Shown in pieces: positions 57,074 to 64,000 of a DNA stretch of 64,000 bases. The translations under genes and the position numbers were made by a program. The DNA is from Chrysomallon squamiferum (lineage: Eukaryota > Animalia > Mollusca), in contig CM022677.1 of the NCBI GenBank assembly GCA_012295275.1, forward strand, positions 11,408,001 to 11,472,000, in the 5' to 3' direction. How positions within the stretch are numbered: the stretch's first letter is position 1; each line of letters begins with the position of its first letter. The notes beneath the pieces are model-generated. The model saw only the letters and a program-made list of their open reading frames with translations, was not told the origin of the DNA and ran no database searches.

Positions 57074-57112
57074 GTCTACGGCCACACCACGTTGAAAACA
57101 CCGGTTCTCGTC
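57074..57112 (+). rRNA. 5S rRNA: 5S rRNA gene, 5' part (nt 1-39), interrupted
   Basis: GTCTACGGCCACACCACGTTGAAAACACCGGTTCTCGTC; the first 9 nt pair perfectly with GCCGTAGAC at 62574-62582 (helix I). Confidence 0.95.
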
Positions 57113-57191
57113 TTTGGTTAGGGTGGCGTCGAGTGTGGACGCGTTTCACATCGGTCCCCGCTTTGGAAAGTTTTATTTGAAATCAAAAATT

Positions 57192-58376
57192 ATGTCTTGG
57201 GCAGAAGAATCTGAAAAGTATGAAGAAAAGATCAAAGATATGAATTTAAAAAAAGAAGTAATGAGAAAAAATGTTTTTAAAAAAGAATTCACTGTGATAG
57301 TAAATGTAGAAGATAACAAGAAAATTTCAGCAGGCGACATGATAGATTTTGTAAGTGGCCAGGTGGGTGATGTGATAAAAGCGTGCGTACCGAAAGAATC
57401 CGACTCTTATGAAATAACACTAGAAGATATTATACAAGCGAGAATGATTACGGAAATTGATGAAACAGAATTGAAAGGTCTAACAATAAAGCCGAGGATT
57501 TTGAAATCTCAAACTGTAGTTGTTACCTTTTTGCACTTGCCTTTATACATAGAAGATGAAGAAATTGAAGAAAAATTGAAAGAAATGAAAATAGAAATTT
57601 TAACACCAATTTATAGGAGAGTATACAAAGGGACAAAAATAGCAGATGGAACAAGATATGTGAGAGTGAAATTTCCACCCGAAATAAAAAGTTGACCATA
57701 TTCAATGAAATTTCGGACTTTCGAAGGAATAAAATATTTTCGAGTTTTACATGACAATCAAATAAAAGTCTGTTACAACTGGATGGCGGATAATCATTTG
57801 TTGAAAGACTGTCCAAATATAACGTGTCATAACTGTAAACAAAAAGGACATTTTGCTAGAAACTGCCCGAACATATTTCTGTGTGAAAAGTGTGGAAACA
57901 AAGAGGATGAATGTGAGTGTTGGACAGAGTATGACAGCGACGAACAAAAAAACAGCGACAGTGACAGTGATGGTATGGTATGGAATAAAAAAAAGTACTA
58001 CAGATAATAATAAAAATCAAAGGAGAAAAAAGAAAGAAAGTGAAGCACAATAATATCCAAAGGAGAGGATAAATACAACAAAGAAATGAAAATCAAAAAA
58101 AGGAAAAACAAAAATCGGAAAATGGAGAAACCAGAAAAAAAAAAAAAACCTGATGAAAACAAAACAGTGAAAAATACTAACAAGGAAGCTGAAACCATCG
58201 AAGCAGAGAAAAACAACGAACGAACGAGATTGATCAAGCGTCCGTCAGAAGAAAAACTGTGGAGCTTGGTAGAAAACAGAAAACAAAAACAGAGACAAGC
58301 AGCGCATGAAAAGTGTGAGAGAAAGTGTTGCCAGGGCGATGAACGAGTATGGTGGGGGAATATAGACAAGATATAG
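57192..58376 (+). pseudogene. Tx1 ORF1, gag-like zinc-knuckle protein (stop and frameshifts)
   Basis: VTFLHLPLYIEDEEI..ADGTRYVRVKFP..S*PY..FRVLHDNQIKVC..H..C, CHNCKQKGHFARNC, CEKC..ECEC; in-frame TGA at 57693-95. Confidence 0.88.
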
Positions 58377-58388
58377 AATATTTTAAAA

Positions 58389-61300
58389 ATGGATAATAGT
58401 TTTATAACTTTTCTAATTCTAATTATGATTTTGTCTATAAATGTAAACGGACTGAGAGATATTGAGAAATTAAATTCAGTTTTTGCAACTATTAAAAGTA
58501 AACATGCAAATATTATTTTTCTACAGGAAACATTTTGGGATAATGACTTCATTGAGAGATATAAACATTTATGGGAAGGAAATATATTTTATAATAATTG
58601 TCCAAATAAAAAAAGAAGGGGTGTAGCAATACTGGTATCAAAAGAATGTCCTTGTAAGTTTACATTTAATGGTTGCGACACTGAAGGCAGGATTTTAAAA
58701 ATTAATACTAAAATAGATGAAGAAGAATACAGTTTTATAAATGTATATGCACCAAATAATATTGAAGAAAGAATTTTATTTTTTAAAGGATTATGTAAAT
58801 TTGTGGATTTATAAAATAGAATAATGGCAGGAGATTTTAATGAAATTTTAGATCCTAATTTAGATATAGGCATTAATAATAAAACTTTCAATATGAAAAG
58901 TAGTAATGAATTACAGTCAGTTATTTTTAATTATAATTTAGTTGATATTTGGCGACACAGAAATCCAGATAAAAGGCAATTTACTAGATCTCAAATAGTT
59001 GAAAAAACTATAAAACAGTCAAGAATTGATTTATTCTTAATTTCTAGAAATTTATTACAGTTTATAAGTAATGTATACATATCCTATACCTCGGTTAGTG
59101 ATCACAATTTTTTATCACTTAAAATAGATTTTTCTCATGTAGAGAGAGGTCAAGGTATTTGGATCTTTAATAATGAATTGTTGAAAGATGAAAGTTTTTG
59201 TAAAGCTATTATTGAAGTTATTAATAATGTTTCTGAGTGTCCTTTGTTACAGACTGAACCTAGTGTTTGGTGGGACAACTTAAAATATAAAATGAAAATG
59301 TGCAAGAAATTTTGCAATAAAAAAGAGAAAATCAGATAACGAAAAATATTATAATATACAAAATGCTTTGAAACGAGAATATGCTAAACTAGCTGTAAAT
59401 AAGCATCATGATTTGAGTAACACAAATTTTAGAAGAAAAATTAAAATTAATTGAGAGAATTAAATGTAATGGTGCTATTTTAAGATCTAAAGCTCATTGG
59501 AATCTAGATATGGATAGAAATACCACATTTTTTCTCAGTTTAGAAAAATCAAAACAAGAATCAAATTCTATTAAAGAGCTAAAAACAGTAAATGGATTAA
59601 CAAGAAAAACGGAAGATATATTACAATATGCTTATGACTTTTATTCAAAATTATTTACACAAGAAAAAATGTAGATATTATTAAACAGGAAGAAATAATA
59701 AATTTAATATCAAATAAACTAAAGGAATCTGAAAGTGAAAACTGTGAGAAAGACATTACAATTGAAGAATTAACTGAAGCTTTAAAAGAAATGAATAGAA
59801 ATAAATCACCTGGTTTGGATGGTCTAACAGTAGAATTTTATGTTAAATTCTGGGAAAATTTTAAAAATTTCTTTCATAAAGTAGTTATGTCAATTCAGAA
59901 AGAAGAAATGTTGTCACGTAGTATGAAAAAAAAAGGAGTAATTAGTTTATTTTACAAGAAAAAAAGGAGATAAAGCAGACCTAAAAAATTTCAGACCTAT
60001 CAGCCTTTTAAATGTAGATTATAAAATTATTGCTAAAGTTCTTGCAAATCATCTTAAACAAGTAATGTCAACTATTATTTCATCAGAACAAACCTGTTGT
60101 GTAAAAGGAAGAGATGTTGCTGACAATATTATGTCAGTAAGAGATATTATAGATATTGTCGAGTTAAATAATACAGAAGGGTATAAAGTTAAAATAGATC
60201 AAGAGAAAAAGCTTTTGATACAGTATCACAGTTTTATTTTAAAAGTTTTGAAAAAATTCAATTTTGGTGATAATTTTATAAAGTGGATTAAAATACTATA
60301 TAATAATATAAAAAAGTTGTGTAAAAATTAATGGACATTTAACACCTTTTTTCAATATTACAAGAGGGGTTAGACAAGGATGTCCAATATCAATGATGCT
60401 TTATGTTATTGTAGCTGAACCCTTAAATAAATTAAATTAAAAAAAGACATAGCATGAATGGAATTAGAATAACAAATGAACTTAATTCTTTATTATTTCA
60501 GCATGTAGATGATACTACAGTAACTGTCTGCGATGCTCAGTCAGTAGAATCTGTTTTAATGCAATAAATATGTATTGTAGTGCTACAGGGGCAAAAGTCA
60601 ATGTAGATAAGTCAGAAGTACTTTATCTTGGTAAAACCATGATTGAAAACTTATCTTTTAACATTCCAATATCAATAAATAAAAACTATGTTAAAATTCT
60701 AGGTATATATTTAGGACCAAATAAACCATTATGTGAAAGATTGAACTGGAAAAATAAATTAGCTAAAATGTCTAATTTAATTAACTTATGGAGTCAAAGG
60801 AAACTTACTTTACATGGAAAAGCTGAAGTATGGAATACTTTATTAACATCTAGACTGTGGTATATCATTAGCACAATAAATGTACCAAATTGGGTAGAAA
60901 ATGAAATTCATAAATTATTTTGTAAATTTATGTGGGAAGGAAAAACGCATTTAATAAAATATTCAACAATAATTGGAAATAAAATGTCGGGTGGACTAAA
61001 TATTCAAGATATTTCATTAAAGAAAATGACTTTTCGTATAAAAATGTTAAAGAAATATTTTGATAATAATTTTAAAAATGTGTGGAAATATACAATGTCA
61101 ATATTTCTTGAAAAATATATGAATATGAATCTAAATTATGACATTTTTAAAATAGTATACAGTAAAGAAGCTTTAAAAGTTATCAATCCTTTTTATGCTG
61201 AAATGTTATCAGCTTGGGACTATGTTAATAATGGAGAACGTAATTTCCCACTTGATACAGACGAAATATTGTCTCAGCCACTTTTTCAAAATCCATTTAT

Positions 61301-62262
61301 TAAATATAAAAACAAATTATTATTATTTAGTTCTTTTATAAAAAGTGGAATAGTCAAAGTGGCTGATATTGCATATGAAGTAATATCAGGTTTTCTTCCT
61401 TTTACAGCTATTGTAGAAATTATTCATGAAAAATCTCCAGAATTATCCAAAAACCAAATTTATATAGCTTACAATGTTATTAAGAAATCACTTCCAGATG
61501 AATGGAAAAGTTCTATTAACAGAAATGCTAAAAAATTAACATCTAATAAAGATTTATTTTTGTTTCAGAATAATGAAATGATAAATGTCAGTAAATTTAC
61601 AGTTAAAATAATTTATTCTATTTTAATTTTAAAAAACTTTAAAGCACCAAGTTGTGAAGAAAAATGGAATGAGCTTGGTTTTAATATATTCTGGAGACCA
61701 GTTTGGAAATGGATACACTATAGTGATAAATTTACTGAATTTATAGACTTAGATTTTAGAACAGTTCATCATATAATATATACATATAGTAAATTATATA
61801 AATATGGCAAAATCTCATCTAGTGTATGTCCAGTCTGTTTGAAGGATGATGAAGATTTGTGCCATTTATTTTTGTATTGTGAAGAATTGAAGGAATTAAT
61901 ATCAATCTTTCATGAAATATGTATTTATATATTTAAGAAAACAGGGTTTTCTCTAGAACAATTAAAAAGATTATTAATATTTGGATGAAAATAGTACCAT
62001 AGAATTTATTAATATTATTCTTTCAATTTATAGAATATCAGTGTTCAAAAGGCGTGTAATAGCTCAAATGAAAGGAACAAATATCAATATAATACATTTT
62101 TTTAGAAATTATATGTATCAGTGCTTTAAAATCATTCTAAATCAAAATCGTATTCAAAACAAACTTTCAATTTTTATTAACAAATATGTTAAGAACAATA
62201 TTTTCCTAGAACTAAAAGATGACATACTTATTTTCAAATATCCTTTGGAAAGCCACAAATAA
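58389..62262 (+). pseudogene. Tx1 ORF2: APE endonuclease, reverse transcriptase, C-terminal zinc finger (multiple stops and frameshifts)
   Basis: SINVNGL, FLQET, NVYAPN, AGDFN, SRIDLF, SDH (APE); KSPGLDGL, FRPISLLNVDYKI, RGVRQGCPIS, QHVDD in place of YADD (RT); CPVC..EDLCHLFLYC. Confidence 0.93.
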
Positions 62263-62503
62263 TCAATATAGATATATCATGGAAATGGATAAAAGAATTA
62301 ATACTATAAACTACTGTAAATTATATATGAATATTACGAATAAATAAGTATGCGTGCACGTGAGTGTGACTGAGTGTGTGAGAGGAAACAGTTTTTATTA
62401 TAGTTATTTACAGTTTTAATGTTATTTTAATTGTGTACAACTGTTTATTATATTAATAAAGATAAAAAAAAAAAAAAAAAAACCCAAAAGACCAGTTCTC
62501 GTC

Positions 62504-62583
62504 CGATCACCGAAGTTAAGCAACGCAGGGCTCGGACAGTACTTGGATGGGTGACCGCCTGGGAACACCGAGTGCCGTAGACA
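62504..62583 (+). rRNA. 5S rRNA: 5S rRNA gene, 3' part (nt 40-119) with the internal control region
   Basis: CGATCACCGAAGTTAAGCAACG..AGTACTTGGATGGGTGACCGCCTGGGAACACCGAGTGCCGTAGACA; 39+80=119 nt when rejoined; GCTCGG/CCGAGT helix preserved. Confidence 0.95.
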
Positions 62584-62891
62584 CGCCTCTTTCTTCGTTT
62601 CTTTCTTACTTTCTTTCTTTCTTATTTCTTTCTTATGTCAACAGCAAGAGCCAATTGACATCGGTAGCGAGTGTGTGCGTGGGCGCAGATTTTGGAGTGA
62701 CCGTGTTGTGTATGTCTGATTGTGTGTGTACGTATGTTTGTTATTTCAGAACGCGCCTGTGTGTGTGTGTGCGTGTGTGTGTGTGTGCGTGTGTGCGCGA
62801 GCCGGTTCGAAAAAGGAATCTTCCAACGAAAAATTGAATTGCCAGATCACGACGGCGCGATAATTAATGTATTTTCATTTCGATTTTATTA

Positions 62892-62959
<68 letters not shown>

Positions 62960-63042
62960 GTTATTATTATTGCCATCGTTATCGTTGTCGTTATTCAGCG
63001 CACGCAATAAGAAGAACGAAGATAAATAGACGTCGGTTCGTC
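62584..63042 (+). repeat. 5S rDNA non-transcribed spacer ending in a second copy of the 5S upstream flank
   Basis: 62970-63041 matches 56997-57064, the sequence just upstream of the 5S gene. Confidence 0.8.
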
Positions 63043-63569
63043 TTTTTTTTTTTTTTTTTTTTCTTTCTTTTTCTTTCAAATTTTCAGTCACTGCCGGACA
63101 ATTCGGCTGTTGCCTCATCTATTGACGAATAACCTACCCATTTACAATTGACCAGGTTCTCTTCGAACATTAAAAATTAGTAAATTCTGTCTTAATTGAA
63201 AATAACGACGATTACGATTTAATTTATAAAATGATCAGACACGTTGTTGTTGTTGTTGTTCTTGAAGTTATTCTGAAACCATCTTTACAAATGGAAGATT
63301 GAGCCCACTCCACAGACAGTGTGCCTAGTGTGCGTCGGTGCCGTGGACTCAGTCTTGCATGCGTTTTTTGTTCACTGCAGCAAAACTAACTCATTTATTG
63401 AACGTATTGAACCCTGTTGAAAAAAAGCAAACAAATAAAAAAAAAAAAAAAACACAACAATTTTTTTGGCAGCACGCAGTTCAAACTAAATCCATATAGA
63501 ATAATTTTTTGGAATCAAGCACACAAAAAGTGGCGGCAACTTTCCATCTAATTTAGAGATTATTTTTCT

Positions 63570-63769
63570 NNNNNNNNNNNNNNNNNNNNNNNNNNNNNNN
63601 NNNNNNNNNNNNNNNNNNNNNNNNNNNNNNNNNNNNNNNNNNNNNNNNNNNNNNNNNNNNNNNNNNNNNNNNNNNNNNNNNNNNNNNNNNNNNNNNNNNN
63701 NNNNNNNNNNNNNNNNNNNNNNNNNNNNNNNNNNNNNNNNNNNNNNNNNNNNNNNNNNNNNNNNNNNNN
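63570..63769. other. Scaffold gap (200 N)
   Basis: Run of N. Confidence 0.99.
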
Positions 63770-63910
63770 TATATAATGGAATAATAATAGCAGCAGTAGT
63801 AGTAGTAGTAGTAATAATAGTATCACCTAAATATAGTTCAATGATTCATTTATTACTTATGCTATCTATTTGTGGATCTGATTACTTTAAATTACTTTAA
63901 TTCTTTTCAT

Positions 63911-63957
<47 letters not shown>

Positions 63958-64000
63958 TAGATTTATCCTCCCTGATCTCAGTGATCAAGAGCAGAGTTGT

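Larger units (their letters stand above)
57113..62485 (+). mobile_element. Full-length, decayed Tx1-clade (L1 group) non-LTR retrotransposon inserted in 5S rDNA
   Basis: ORF1 and ORF2 remnants, AATAAA (62455-60), poly(A) 62464-62482, and flanking duplication AAAACACCGGTTCTCGTC (57095-57112) / AAAAGACCAGTTCTCGTC (62486-62503). Confidence 0.93.

Noticed and set aside
57116-57160. Pistol or HDV-like ribozyme at the Tx1 5' end
   Set aside because: GGTTAGGG resembles a pistol loop, but the required P1 stem and CCCTAA partner are absent; no HDV P1 or core either.

Overview
AT-rich, microsatellite-dense eukaryotic DNA, most likely from a mollusc because the 5S rRNA sequence is mollusc-like. There are two 200-N scaffold gaps (18877-19076, 63570-63769). 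The first half is dominated by a ~31 kb inverted duplication (left arm ~1240-17109, right arm ~19283-31975), and arm identity appears to fall from the centre outwards. Each arm carries a degenerate telomere-like array facing outwards and a pseudogene for a secreted beta-sandwich protein; both pseudogene copies have the same nonsense codon. A PHR-domain terminal exon sits in the spacer next to the gap, so the palindrome depends on scaffold orientation. The second half holds decayed exons, a LigB-family gene whose exons lie in the order 3-4-1-2 and are hit by a hAT element and a Tc1/mariner MITE, two related RNase H-type LINE remnants, and shuffled 5S spacer blocks. It also holds a full-length but decayed Tx1-clade retrotransposon inserted after position +39 of a 5S rRNA gene with a 13-18 bp target-site duplication. 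All alignments and identities were judged by eye; no searches were run.
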